Assembly (NCBI GenBank): GCA_943372765.1
Contig: CALRZY010000011.1
Location: 7,412 to 71,411 of the forward strand
Source: Curvibacter sp. AEP1-3
GTDB taxonomy: Bacteria; Pseudomonadota; Gammaproteobacteria; Burkholderiales; Burkholderiaceae_C
Direction: 5' to 3'
Length of the DNA stretch: 64,000 bases
The notes below the pieces were generated by a model, which saw only the letters and a program-made list of their open reading frames with translations, was not told the origin of the DNA and ran no database searches. The position numbers and the translations under genes were made by a program. Positions 9,709-19,108 of this stretch are shown piece after piece; the first letter of the stretch is position 1, and each line of letters starts with the position of its first letter.

Positions 9709-10638
9709 ATGCTGACGGTCGACGACATCCCATGCGCGATGATGATCACGGACCCGCAGGGGCACATCGTGCGCCTGAACCGCGAGTTCCTGGCCCTTGT
9801 CGGTGGCGAGGAGGCGGACTGGCAAGGTCGCGCCATGGATGTGCTGCTGACACCGGCCTCGCGCATCTTCAGCCAGACCCATCTGTTTCCTACGCTGCAC
9901 CATGCTGCGGCCGCACGCGAGATCTACATTCATCTGATCGGGGCCGACGGCGAGCCGGTGCCCGTGATGGTCAATGCTGCTCGCCAACGCACCGAGGGGA
10001 CCGAAGGTATCGTCTGGGCGGTTTTTGTGGCGCGTGAGCGCAGCCGCTTCGAGACCGAGCTGATCCGGGCCCGCTCGGAAGCACAGAGCCTGGCCCAGCG
10101 TCTGACGGCCAGCAATGCGCTGGTGGCGCAGCAGAACGAGCAGCTTTCCGAACTGAGCCTGTCGGACCCCCTGACTGGGCTGAGGAACCGGCGTGCGCTG
10201 GAGCTGGCCGCCCGGCAGTGGCAGCAGCAGGCCGGGGCGTCGGCTACGGTGGCGGTGCTGATGGTCGATGTGGACCACTTCAAGCGCATCAACGATCTGC
10301 ACGGACACCCCGAGGGGGACCGCGTGCTGGTTGCCCTGGCGCGGCAGTTGCAGGCCAGCGCCCGTGGGTCAGACCTGGTGGTGCGTTATGGTGGCGAGGA
10401 GTTTCTGCTCTGGCTGCCCGACGCCGATGTCGCCGTAGCCCGGCAGGTGGCCGCGCGCATCCACGAGCGCACCAGCCATGTCAACAGCGCGGCGGGCAGC
10501 GTCAAGGTCAGCATCGGCCTGGCCGCGGCCCATCTGCAGCCTGAGCAGGATGTGCTGGAGGCGCTGGTAAGGCGTGCCGATGCCGCGGTCTACGAGGCCA
10601 AGGCCCGTGGACGCAATTGCACGGTGGAAATGCCTTGA
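9709..10638 (+). CDS. PAS-GGDEF diguanylate cyclase
   Basis: 309 aa. An N-terminal PAS domain and a coiled-coil linker precede a GGDEF domain with an intact GGEEF motif (RYGGEEF). RGSD lies 5 residues upstream (an I-site). The gene starts 15 bp after the hydrolase gene. Confidence 0.9.
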   Translation: MLTVDDIPCAMMITDPQGHIVRLNREFLALVGGEEADWQGRAMDVLLTPASRIFSQTHLFPTLHHAAAAREIYIHLIGADGEPVPVMVNAARQRTEGTEGIVWAVFVARERSRFETELIRARSEAQSLAQRLTASNALVAQQNEQLSELSLSDPLTGLRNRRALELAARQWQQQAGASATVAVLMVDVDHFKRINDLHGHPEGDRVLVALARQLQASARGSDLVVRYGGEEFLLWLPDADVAVARQVAARIHERTSHVNSAAGSVKVSIGLAAAHLQPEQDVLEALVRRADAAVYEAKARGRNCTVEMP

Positions 10639-10707
10639 GGCGGCTGGTCAGCGCCAGGTGATGGCGTGGGCCCAAGGCTGTCCTTCCTGGTCTGGCCACA
10701 ACCTGGT

Positions 10708-12234
10708 TCAGCCGGATGACGATGGCCCGGCCAGCTGGATGCGGTTGCGCCCGGCTTCCTTGGCCTGGTACATCGCTGCATCCGCCCTTTTGAGCAACTC
10801 GTCCTCGCTGGCTTGCTGGCCGAGAAAGAGTGTCGCTCCGATGCTGGCGGAACAATAGTGTTCGATCGTGCTGGCTGCACTTGCGTCATCGTCCACGCGC
10901 AGGCGGTAGGGCTCGGCCAGCCTGGAGCGGATCTTCTCTGCCACCCCCGTGACCACGCCCAGGGATTCATCGGTCGACGCCTTGAGTTCAGACAGGATGA
11001 CGACGAACTCATCCCCACCCAGGCGCGCGACGGTGTCGCTTTCGCGCACACAGGCCCTGAGCCGCTGCGCCACCTCCAGCAGCAGCAGGTCGCCCGCGGC
11101 ATGGCCGTGTACATCGTTGAGGGGTTTGAAATTGTCCAGGTCCAGCAGCATCAGGGCGCCATGACAGCCGGTGCGCTGGCCGGCGGCCATGGCCAGGCTC
11201 AGTCGGTCGTGGAACAGGCGCCGGTTGGGCAGGCGGGTCAGCGCATCATAGAAAGCCAGCTGGTGGACCTGTTCCTCCATCTTCTTGCGCTCGGTGATGT
11301 CGGTGATGCTGCCGATCACGCGAAGCGGCTGCCCCTGGGCATCACGCTCGAAGACGTCGGCCCGGTCGCGCACCCAGATCATGCTGCCATCCTGGCGCAG
11401 CATGCGGTGCTCGCTGCGGTAGGGACCGCCACCATCAAGGCACTTTTCCAACTGGGCCTGCATGCGCTCGCGGTCTCCTTCGTAGACCAGTGCGGTGAAG
11501 TCTGCGCTGGTGTGCTGCAGGTAGTTCCCATCGAGCCTGAGGACTTCGCACCAGTTGCGGTCGTGTGATACCACGTCCTGGCGCACGTCCCAGCTCCAGA
11601 CGCTCTCGCGTGCGACCGACAAGACGTAGGCCAGCTGGTCCTGGCTTTTTTGCAAGTCGATGCCGAGCTGGCGCACTTCATTGAAGCGGTGCAGATAGCT
11701 CCTGGAAAAAAAGAAGGCGCACAGGGCCGCGGCGATGACCATGGCGACGGCCGTCGTGGCCGCAACGGTGACAGGGGCGGGTTGCGTGGGGGGCAGCCGA
11801 CCGGTAATTTGGGCCAGGCCCAGCCCCACGATGGCAAAGATGCTCAGCACGGAGAGCAGCATGCCGGTCTGAACGCTGAGCAGCCAGCCACCGGCAATGA
11901 TGAGCAGCGGATAGATCATCAGGTTGGGCGAATAGATGCCCCCGCTGACCACCGTGACCGAGGTGATGATGCCCCAGCCACCCCAGATCATCAGCTTGAA
12001 GGCGGTGATGTGTTGCCTTCTCAGCAGCAGCACGCCGGCGACCAGGCCCATCACGATCAGGGCGATGCTCATGGCGATACGCCACAGCGGCCGCGGTGTG
12101 GTTTGCAGATGGGAGACCAGGTGGGCGCCGCCGATTGCCGTGAAAATGGAGGAGGCGAGCCAGAAAAAGCGGATCAGGATCTGGTCGTCCTGGAGATCCA
12201 GCAGAGAGGTGGACTCGGTCCGCGCGGGAAGCAT
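10708..12234 (-). CDS. Integral-membrane PAS-GGDEF diguanylate cyclase
   Basis: 508 aa. About 5-6 N-terminal TM helices are followed by a PAS/PAC module (SEHRMLRQDGSMIWVRDRADV) and a GGDEF domain (RLGGDEF, with the RESD I-site). Confidence 0.9.
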   Translation of the reverse strand: MLPARTESTSLLDLQDDQILIRFFWLASSIFTAIGGAHLVSHLQTTPRPLWRIAMSIALIVMGLVAGVLLLRRQHITAFKLMIWGGWGIITSVTVVSGGIYSPNLMIYPLLIIAGGWLLSVQTGMLLSVLSIFAIVGLGLAQITGRLPPTQPAPVTVAATTAVAMVIAAALCAFFFSRSYLHRFNEVRQLGIDLQKSQDQLAYVLSVARESVWSWDVRQDVVSHDRNWCEVLRLDGNYLQHTSADFTALVYEGDRERMQAQLEKCLDGGGPYRSEHRMLRQDGSMIWVRDRADVFERDAQGQPLRVIGSITDITERKKMEEQVHQLAFYDALTRLPNRRLFHDRLSLAMAAGQRTGCHGALMLLDLDNFKPLNDVHGHAAGDLLLLEVAQRLRACVRESDTVARLGGDEFVVILSELKASTDESLGVVTGVAEKIRSRLAEPYRLRVDDDASAASTIEHYCSASIGATLFLGQQASEDELLKRADAAMYQAKEAGRNRIQLAGPSSSG

Positions 12235-12357
12235 GAATTCATTCTAGGACGGCAACCCGCGCAGCGGTGAAGGCCCCGGCGGGAGTTGAGCAAAATTACC
12301 AGGAATGCGGGGTGTCGATCTGTCCGCCCTTGCTGGCAAGTTGCACAGCGCAAAGCA

Positions 12358-12382
12358 ACAAGCCCGGGTGGCCCGGGCTTGT
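12358..12382 (-). terminator. Hairpin downstream of the Bug receptor gene (weak terminator candidate)
   Basis: acaagcccggg-tgg-cccgggcttgt forms an 11-bp GC-rich stem. On the minus strand it is followed by tgctttgcg, which is only a short T run, so confidence is low. Confidence 0.3.
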
Positions 12383-12424
12383 CAGCGGAATATCAGGGCG
12401 GTTGCGGTGCCCGCCCTCAGTAGG

Positions 12425-13390
12425 TCATTCGGGCTTGATGCCGGCCTTCTTGACCACGCGTTCCCAGATGTCGTACTCGCGCTTCATGTAGGCAGCCAGT
12501 TCAGCCGGCGTGCTGGGGCTGGGCGACAGGCCCTTGGATTCCAGTTCCTTGGCCACGACCGGGTCCTTCAGGATCTTGACCAGCACCTGGTTCAGTTTGG
12601 TGACGATGGGCTGCGGCGTCTTGGCCGGCACGACGTAGGCGTACCAGTTGAGCGTGTCGAAGCCCGGGTAGCCCTGCTCAGCCACGGTAGGCACGTCAGG
12701 CATGAGCGGGTCGCGTTTGGCGCCGGTGGTGGCGATGGCGCGGACCTTGCCGCTCTTGACGTGCGCGCCGACCGAGGGCGGGGTGCCGAAGAAGGAGTCC
12801 ACCTCGCCACCGAGCATGCCCAGCATGGCCGGGCCGCCGCCCTTGTAGGCCACGTGGGTCATGTCCACATCGGCGCTCTGCTCCAGCAGCTCGCCGGCCA
12901 GATGCCCGGCACCACCCACGCCGGAGGAGGCGTAGGTGACGGTGCCCGGCTTGGCCTTGGCCATCTTGATGTAATCGGCCAGGTTCTTCACCGGCAGGTC
13001 GGGCTTGACCACCAGCACGTTGGAGAACACCACGGCCATGGTGACGGGCGCGAAGTCCTGCAGCGGCTTGTAGGTCAGCTTGGCCTGCATGTGCGGCGCC
13101 ACGGTCAGCGAACCCACGCTGCCCAGCAGCAGGGTGTGGCCGTCGGCTTCTGCACGGGCCACGTAGTCGGTGGCGATGTTGCCGCCGGCGCCGGCCTTGT
13201 TTTCCACGATCACGTTCTGCTTGAGCTCGTCACCCAGGTGCTTGGCGATGATGCGGGCCACGGCGTCGGTGGCGCCGCCCGCGGCGAAACCCACGACCAT
13301 GGTGATGGGCTTGCTCGGATAGTTCTGTGCCAGGGCCGGCGCAGCGGCCAGCAGGGTGCCCAGGGTCAGGGCAAGCGTCTTGAGTTTCAT
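12425..13390 (-). CDS. Bug-family (TctC-like) tripartite tricarboxylate transporter substrate-binding protein, orphan
   Basis: 321 aa. It has a signal peptide and then NYPSKPITMVVGFAAGGATDAVARIIAKHLGDELKQNVIVENKAGAGGNIA, typical of Bug/TctC receptors. No tctA or tctB gene is adjacent. Confidence 0.9.
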   Translation of the reverse strand: MKLKTLALTLGTLLAAAPALAQNYPSKPITMVVGFAAGGATDAVARIIAKHLGDELKQNVIVENKAGAGGNIATDYVARAEADGHTLLLGSVGSLTVAPHMQAKLTYKPLQDFAPVTMAVVFSNVLVVKPDLPVKNLADYIKMAKAKPGTVTYASSGVGGAGHLAGELLEQSADVDMTHVAYKGGGPAMLGMLGGEVDSFFGTPPSVGAHVKSGKVRAIATTGAKRDPLMPDVPTVAEQGYPGFDTLNWYAYVVPAKTPQPIVTKLNQVLVKILKDPVVAKELESKGLSPSPSTPAELAAYMKREYDIWERVVKKAGIKPE

Positions 13391-13528
13391 GGGGTCTCCT
13401 CAGGTGGACGGAGCCCGCCGGGGGCGGGACTAGGTAATGCCGCAGTATAGGGAGAGAGGCTGCTGCGCGGCCACTGGTTTTTACTTAGCAGCCATCGGAA
13501 AAAATGATAGCCCCATGGCGCGGGGCGA

Positions 13529-14245
13529 TCACCAGCGCAGGCCGAGCTTCAGACCCCAGGTGGTGGCTTCGCCGGTCTTGTCCACTTCGAAGGCCAGGTT
13601 CATCAGGCCCAGGTTCAGGTTGGCGCCCGCGTAGACCTTGCCCAGGCTCGGGTTGACGTTGCCCAGGCTGCCCACACGCGCCTCGCTGTCCACCCAGACC
13701 CGGCCGACACCCGCATAGGGGGTGAGCATGGCAAAGCCCTTGGAGACCGAGATGTCCAGGCTGCGGGTGCTCAGCGAGAGTTGTTCGGTGCCGCTCAGGC
13801 GCGTGTAGGCGCCGCGCACCCCCACGGCCGGCAGCGCGAGGTTGCCGCCCAGCAGGGCGTAGCGCAGTTCGGCGCCGCTGAGCGAGGCGTCCAGGCCCGG
13901 CACGCTGGCAACAAAACCACCGATGTCAAAACCCAGGGGCAGGCCCTTGTGTGCATGCAGGCGCACGGTCTGCAGAGAGTTCGACGTGAGGTTGGCGCCG
14001 GCCTTGCGCAGGGCGCCGCTGCTGTGCGACATGTCGCTGCTGCTCACGGCCACACCCAGGTCGAAGCCGGTGATGCCCTGGCCCTCGGTGGGCAACAAGG
14101 GCTTGTAGCTCAGGGCGGCGCCCAGGTCTTCGGAGACGGCGCGGAATTCGGCGGCGTTGAGCGTCGCCAGGTTCGAGAGATCACCGGCCTGGCTGGTGGG
14201 CAGGCAGGCCAGGGTGAGGGCAAGGAGGGCGAGTTGTTTTTTCAT
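13529..14245 (-). CDS. Putative small outer-membrane beta-barrel protein
   Basis: 238 aa. It has a signal peptide (MKKQLALLALTLACLPTSQA), alternating hydrophobic beta-strand patterns and a C-terminal aromatic end (LKLGLRW). The family was not recognised. Confidence 0.55.
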   Translation of the reverse strand: MKKQLALLALTLACLPTSQAGDLSNLATLNAAEFRAVSEDLGAALSYKPLLPTEGQGITGFDLGVAVSSSDMSHSSGALRKAGANLTSNSLQTVRLHAHKGLPLGFDIGGFVASVPGLDASLSGAELRYALLGGNLALPAVGVRGAYTRLSGTEQLSLSTRSLDISVSKGFAMLTPYAGVGRVWVDSEARVGSLGNVNPSLGKVYAGANLNLGLMNLAFEVDKTGEATTWGLKLGLRW

Positions 14246-14323
14246 GGGGTCTGAACGGAAGGGATAAGGGTACGTTCCAAGTATCGCAGCAGGCCGGGAC
14301 GCCGAGGTGTAACGATCGCTACA

Positions 14324-15250
14324 TCATGCATCCGGGGGCCACTGCAATTGGCGCTGGCTTTCGAACTGGCGCAGCGCGCCGGTGACGGGGTCGGTGAAGC
14401 GGATGCCGCGGGCCAGCAGCTGCAGGGGCTGGCGCCAGTCTTCCTGCGCGGGGCCCGGGCCGTGGACGACTTCGGGGTAAAAAAGGTCGCCTACGATGGG
14501 ACGGCCCAGGGCGTTCATGTGCACACGCAATTGGTGCGTCTTGCCGCTGCGCGGTCGCAGGCGGTAGCGTGCCAGGGCACCGCGGGCCTCCAGCAGCTCG
14601 ATCTGCGTCTCGCTGTTGGGTTCCCCGGCCACCTCGCGCTGGCGGAAGAAGCGCTCATCCGGCTCGATACGGCTGCGGTGGACGGCCGGCAGCGGCAGTT
14701 CGGGGCGCAGCGGGGCGATGGCCTCGTAGTCCTTGTCCACTACCTGGTCGCGGAACAGGGCCTGGTAGGCGCCGCGGTCCTGCGGCCGCAGGCTGAACAG
14801 CACCAGGCCTGCGGTCTCGCGGTCGATGCGGTGGATGGGGCTCAGGGTTTCGATGCCGGTGCGGCGCTTGAGGCGCACCAGCAGGGTTTGCTGAACGTAA
14901 CGGCCGGTGGGTGTGACCGGCAGGAAATGCGGTTTGTCGGCCACCAGCAGATGGGCGTCCTGGTAGAGCACTTCTTCCTCGAAGGGGATGACGGTCTCGG
15001 TTGCGAGCGCACGGTAGTAGTAGACGCGGGTGCCGCCGCGATGCGGTGCGTCCGGTGTCAGGGCGGCGCCGGCTTCATCGAGCACATCACCCTGGGCCAT
15101 GCGCTCCTGCCATTGCCCGGCACTCACAGCCGGCAGGCGTTCGACCAGGAAGTCGAGCAGACGCGGCCAGGGGCCGTGGGGCAAGGCCACGCAGCTGGCG
15201 CTGACGCCGTCGCGCATCGGCGGTTTGCTGCGATGCGGCGGGCGGCTCAT
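14324..15250 (-). CDS. RluA-family RNA pseudouridine synthase
   Basis: 308 aa. The catalytic motif is HRIDRETAGLVLFS, and the C-terminal GKTHQLRVHM motif is also present. Confidence 0.85.
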   Translation of the reverse strand: MSRPPHRSKPPMRDGVSASCVALPHGPWPRLLDFLVERLPAVSAGQWQERMAQGDVLDEAGAALTPDAPHRGGTRVYYYRALATETVIPFEEEVLYQDAHLLVADKPHFLPVTPTGRYVQQTLLVRLKRRTGIETLSPIHRIDRETAGLVLFSLRPQDRGAYQALFRDQVVDKDYEAIAPLRPELPLPAVHRSRIEPDERFFRQREVAGEPNSETQIELLEARGALARYRLRPRSGKTHQLRVHMNALGRPIVGDLFYPEVVHGPGPAQEDWRQPLQLLARGIRFTDPVTGALRQFESQRQLQWPPDA

Positions 15251-15256
15251 GGGGAA

Positions 15257-16021
15257 TCAGATGCGGGTGTAGACCAGGTCCCAGACGCCATGGCCCAGGC
15301 GCAGGCCGCGCTTCTCGAACTTGGTCAGCGGGCGGTAGTCGGGCTTGGGCGCGTAGCCTTCGGCCGTGTTCTTCAGCAGCGGCTCGGCGCCCAGCACGGC
15401 CAGCATCTGCTGGGCATAGGGTTCCCAGTCGGTGGCGCAGTGCAGGTAGCCGCCGGGTTTCAGGCGTGCGGCCAGCTTGGCGACCAGAGGGGCCTGCAGC
15501 AGGCGGCGCTTGTGGTGCTTGGTCTTGTGCCAGGGATCGGGGAAAAAGACGTGCACGCCGTCCAGGCTCTGCTCGGGCAGCATGTGGTCCAGCACCTCGA
15601 CCGCGTCGTGCTGCAGGATGCGCAGGTTGGTCAGACTGCGTTCACCGATGTGCTTGAGCAGGGCGCCCACGCCGGGTTCGTGCACCTCGCAGCCGAGGAA
15701 GTTGGTCTCGCGCATCAGGTCCGCGATGTGCGCGGTGGCGTCGCCCATGCCGAAGCCGATCTCCAGGATCAGCGGGCGCTGCGCGGCTTCGGCGCCAAAG
15801 ACGGCCACACGGTCCAGTGGTGCGGCGCTGTAGGGCAATACAAAACGCGGGCCATAGAGCTCGAAGGCCTTGGCCTGGCCGGTCGTGGTGCGGCCGGCGC
15901 GCTTGACGAAGCTCTTGATGGTCTTGGGGAAATCGACGCCGGGCGGCGGCAGGCGGCGCCGGTCTTTGGGCGGGGCCGACGCTGCGGCGTCCTGTTCGGG
16001 GGGCTTGGGGGTATCGGTCAC
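15257..16021 (-). CDS. trmB: tRNA (guanine46-N7)-methyltransferase TrmB
   Basis: 254 aa. Recognisable motifs are [23 protein letters not shown] and CATDWEPY. The GTG start overlaps the gluQ stop (GTGA at 16018-16021). Confidence 0.9.
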   Translation of the reverse strand: MTDTPKPPEQDAAASAPPKDRRRLPPPGVDFPKTIKSFVKRAGRTTTGQAKAFELYGPRFVLPYSAAPLDRVAVFGAEAAQRPLILEIGFGMGDATAHIADLMRETNFLGCEVHEPGVGALLKHIGERSLTNLRILQHDAVEVLDHMLPEQSLDGVHVFFPDPWHKTKHHKRRLLQAPLVAKLAARLKPGGYLHCATDWEPYAQQMLAVLGAEPLLKNTAEGYAPKPDYRPLTKFEKRGLRLGHGVWDLVYTRI

Positions 16022-16908
16022 ACGGGGATTTTAGCGGCCTGCCCCCAGTTGGCAGCCCACTGCGCGGTGGCCGCAGCCAGCCAGTCGCCGACGCTAGTGG
16101 CCGTGACGTACAGGCCCAGCACGGCCGCCGCGGCGTTGAGGGCAGCCAATGGCTCGCGTGTGTCCAGGGCCAATGCGCCGTTTTGTTTGCTGAGTTTCTC
16201 GCCATTGGCGCCCAGCACCAGTGGCGTGTGCAGGTAGGCGGGGGTGGGCAGCTTCAATGCGCGCTGCAGCAGGATCTGGCGCGCCGTGTTGTCGGCCAGA
16301 TCGGCGCCACGCACGACGTGGGTGATGCCCTGGATGCCGTCGTCCACCACCACGGCCAGCTGGTAGGCGAACCAGCCGTCGGCCCGCTGGAGTACGAAGT
16401 CGCCGACCTCCTGCTCGACATCCTGCGATTGCGGGCCCAGGCGGCGGTCGTTCCAGGCCACGCGGCCGGCGTTCACGCGCAGGCGCCAGGCGCGCGGCGC
16501 CTGGCCGTGCAGCCCGTCACGGCAGGTGCCGGGGTAGACCAGTTCGCCATGGCGCGGTTTCACGCGCCCCAGGCGCTGCAGCTCGACCTCGATGTCGCGG
16601 CGGGAGCAGGCGCAGGGGTAGGCCAGGCCGCGCGCCACCAGATCTTCCAGCGCCTGCTGGTAGATTGCGCTGCGCTGCGACTGGTAGAGCGGGGTTTCGT
16701 CCGGCAGCAGGCCGCAGTCGGCCAGTTGCTGCAGGATCACCCGGTCGGCGCCGGGTATGCAGCGCGGCACATCGACATCCTCGATGCGCAGCAGCCAGCG
16801 CCCGCCATGGGCGCGGGCATCGAGCCAGCTGGCCAGGGCCGCCACCAGTGAGCCGGCGTGCAGGGGGCCGGTGGGCGAGGGGGCGAAACGGCCGACGTAG
16901 CCCTTCAT
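16018..16908 (-). CDS. gluQ: Glutamyl-Q tRNA(Asp) synthetase (GluQRS)
   Basis: The ORF-track ORF 16018-17277 is over-extended. The conserved N-terminus [46 protein letters not shown] begins at the ATG at 16906-16908. That ATG overlaps the stop of the upstream oxidoreductase (ATGA). The KLSKQ motif is present. Confidence 0.9.
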   Translation of the reverse strand: MKGYVGRFAPSPTGPLHAGSLVAALASWLDARAHGGRWLLRIEDVDVPRCIPGADRVILQQLADCGLLPDETPLYQSQRSAIYQQALEDLVARGLAYPCACSRRDIEVELQRLGRVKPRHGELVYPGTCRDGLHGQAPRAWRLRVNAGRVAWNDRRLGPQSQDVEQEVGDFVLQRADGWFAYQLAVVVDDGIQGITHVVRGADLADNTARQILLQRALKLPTPAYLHTPLVLGANGEKLSKQNGALALDTREPLAALNAAAAVLGLYVTATSVGDWLAAATAQWAANWGQAAKIPV

Positions 16909-17951
16909 GCCACCTTGAGTGCCAGCTCCAGCCCGGAGATGAAGGCGTCCTCGACGCGGTGGCCCATGCACCAGTCGCCGCAGGCGCCGATGCGCGAGGC
17001 CGGATCCCAGAGGTGGCTCTGGTCCAGGGGCTGGAGGGTCTGCGCGTAGTGCCAGCGGTGCACGGTGGCGTAGCTGGGCTCGGCGCGGATACCCGTGACC
17101 TCGGCAAAGGCCTTGAGCAGCTTGGCCTGCACGCGTTCGGCGTCGTCGTTGAGGTGCTCCTGCGACCAGGCGGCGCTGGCCTGCACGGTCCAGCGTTCGA
17201 TCGGGCCGCGCTGCGGCTTGCTCGACTCGCGCGCCAGCCAGGCGATGCGGTGGTGCGTGCTGCGCGCGGCATTCCATTGCGGCCCCAGCGCCGAGAGGCC
17301 CGGCTGCATGGCTTGCGGAAAGGCGGCCATCAGCGTCCAGCAGGGCGCGACCCGCACTTCTGCAATGCGCTCGGCCAGGGCCGGTGCCTGCTTCGAGTTG
17401 CGCAGCAGTTCGTGGGCCTGCACGCTGGGCATGGCCAGCAGCACGCCATCAAAACCGGAGTGCACGTGGCGGCTGTCGTCCGCTCCCTCGGTGTGCAGCT
17501 GCCAGCGGCGCTCGTTCAGCGCATCACGTTCGATCTTGACCACCCGGGTCTGCAGTTCCACCGCACCACTGGCCAGCAGCGGTTCGGCCCAGCGCTTGAC
17601 CAGCGCGTTCATGCCGGGCGTGGCCACCCAGTGCGATTCACGTGTGGGCAGCGGCGCAGCCACCACCCGACCCAGCGGGTCGAGCACGCGCACGGCGTTG
17701 GCACTCCAGGGCCGGCACAGGCCGGGCACGGTCTCCAGGGCGCGGGCGAACAGGGGGTTGCGCACCGTGAAGTACTGGGTGCCGTGGTCGAAGGTGCCGA
17801 ACTCGGTTTCGCGTGTGGACATGCGGCCGCCGGCGCCGCGGCTTTTCTCGAACAGCGTGACCTGATGGCCGGCCTGCACCAGGGTGCGGGCGCAGGCCAC
17901 GCCGGCCATGCCGGCGCCGATGACGGCGTAGTGTTGCGCGGGTTTTTTCAT
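16905..17951 (-). CDS. NAD(P)/FAD-dependent oxidoreductase (renalase/amine-oxidase-like fold)
   Basis: 348 aa. The N-terminal dinucleotide-binding motif reads [37 protein letters not shown], followed by FDHGTQYFT. Confidence 0.8.
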   Translation of the reverse strand: MKKPAQHYAVIGAGMAGVACARTLVQAGHQVTLFEKSRGAGGRMSTRETEFGTFDHGTQYFTVRNPLFARALETVPGLCRPWSANAVRVLDPLGRVVAAPLPTRESHWVATPGMNALVKRWAEPLLASGAVELQTRVVKIERDALNERRWQLHTEGADDSRHVHSGFDGVLLAMPSVQAHELLRNSKQAPALAERIAEVRVAPCWTLMAAFPQAMQPGLSALGPQWNAARSTHHRIAWLARESSKPQRGPIERWTVQASAAWSQEHLNDDAERVQAKLLKAFAEVTGIRAEPSYATVHRWHYAQTLQPLDQSHLWDPASRIGACGDWCMGHRVEDAFISGLELALKVA

Positions 17952-18035
17952 GTCGGCAGTCTCCGTTCTTGTCGATATTTGAGGGTCGGCTTCGCTTCCA
18001 CTGTACCGGAGCGGCGGTCGGTGCCCCCCCGGGCT

Positions 18036-18980
18036 TCAGAAACTGGCGTGGACCGGCCCCAGCAGCGCTCGTCGCGTGGCCGGACTTTCGAGCTGCTGCA
18101 GCCACCACTGCAGGGCGCGGCCCTGCTGGTGCTCGGTGCCGCCGCGCCAGGCATAGCTCACGCGCACCACCCGTGGCGGCCGTTCGGTTTTCTTGACCAC
18201 GAGGTGGCCGGCTTCGATGTGCGGACGCGCCAGGCACTCGGGCACGAAGCCGCCGCCCAGGCCGCGCAACTGGGCGTCGAGCTTGGCCGGCATGCTGGCC
18301 ACGGTGAAGACGTCCTGCCCGGCCAGCAGGCCGATGGTCAGGCCGCTGCCGCGCTGCACGGAGTCGGCCACCGCCACGGCGCGATGGCGCAGCAGCATCT
18401 CGTCGGTCAGGGGTTCGGGCGCGGCCGCCAGCGGGTGGTGCGGTGCCACCGCGTAGACAAAGCTGACCGGCCCCAGGGGCTTGCCATGCACGCCGGCGCT
18501 GGTGGTCGGCTCCAGGGCCACGCCGATGGCCAGGTCGGCCTGGCCGGCGGTGAGTGCTTCCAGGGTGCCCGAGAGGGTTTCCTCGCGCAGTTTGAGGCGG
18601 GTCGGGGCGCCCAGGGCGAAGAAGCTCTCGCACAGCTCCATCACCGTGTTGCGCTGGATGATGCCGTCCAGCGCCACAGTGAACTGGGATTCCCAGCCCG
18701 TCGCCACACGCTGGACGCGGTTGGCGACGGCGTCGATTTCCGCCAGCAGGCGCTGACCTTCGCGCAGCAGCTCGGCGCCGGCGGCGGTGAGTTTGGCCTG
18801 GCGCGAGCTGCGGTCGTAGAGCAGCACGTCCAGCGCGTCCTCGATCTGGCGCACCCGGTAGGTCAGGGCGCTGGGCACCACGCCCAGGGCGCGTGCGGCA
18901 GCGGCAAAGCTGCCGGCCTCGTCGATGGCCTGCAGCATGGCCAGGGCGTCGGGGGTCAGCACATCGCGGGCGGTTTGCAT
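18036..18980 (-). CDS. LysR-family transcriptional regulator
   Basis: The HTH region is LAMLQAIDEAGSFAAAARALGVVPSALTYRVRQIE. I place the start at the ATG at 18978-18980 (MQTARD...) rather than the TTG at 18995 used by the ORF track. The gene is divergent from the pirin operon. Confidence 0.88.
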   Translation of the reverse strand: MQTARDVLTPDALAMLQAIDEAGSFAAAARALGVVPSALTYRVRQIEDALDVLLYDRSSRQAKLTAAGAELLREGQRLLAEIDAVANRVQRVATGWESQFTVALDGIIQRNTVMELCESFFALGAPTRLKLREETLSGTLEALTAGQADLAIGVALEPTTSAGVHGKPLGPVSFVYAVAPHHPLAAAPEPLTDEMLLRHRAVAVADSVQRGSGLTIGLLAGQDVFTVASMPAKLDAQLRGLGGGFVPECLARPHIEAGHLVVKKTERPPRVVRVSYAWRGGTEHQQGRALQWWLQQLESPATRRALLGPVHASF

Positions 18981-18990
18981 GGTGAATCGT

Positions 18991-19011
18991 TTCAAGTTCA
19001 GTTTATTTGAA
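18991..19011. promoter_or_regulatory. LysR-type T-N11-A box: TTCAA-N11-TTGAA
   Basis: Read directly: ttcaa gttcagtttat ttgaa, an inverted repeat with an 11-nt spacer. It lies in the LysR/pirin divergent intergenic region. Confidence 0.5.
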
Positions 19012-19108
19012 TGATGCCATCAAAGCGTATGGACCGCAAAACCCGATATCACGCCTAAAGTTCATCCCATTGCAGGCATGTCCTGCTGAACCCTGGAAGG
19101 AGCCCACC

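Noticed and set aside
12305-13450. A 381-aa plus-strand ORF opposite the Bug/TctC receptor gene.
   Set aside because: The minus-strand frame encodes a complete Bug-family protein with a signal peptide. The plus-strand product is Gly/Ala/His/Val-rich with no motif.
16665-19010. A 781-aa plus-strand ORF crossing gluQ, the oxidoreductase and the LysR gene.
   Set aside because: It is antisense to three well-supported minus-strand genes and crosses their intergenic region. There is no recognisable domain, and the composition is typical of GC-rich shadow ORFs.
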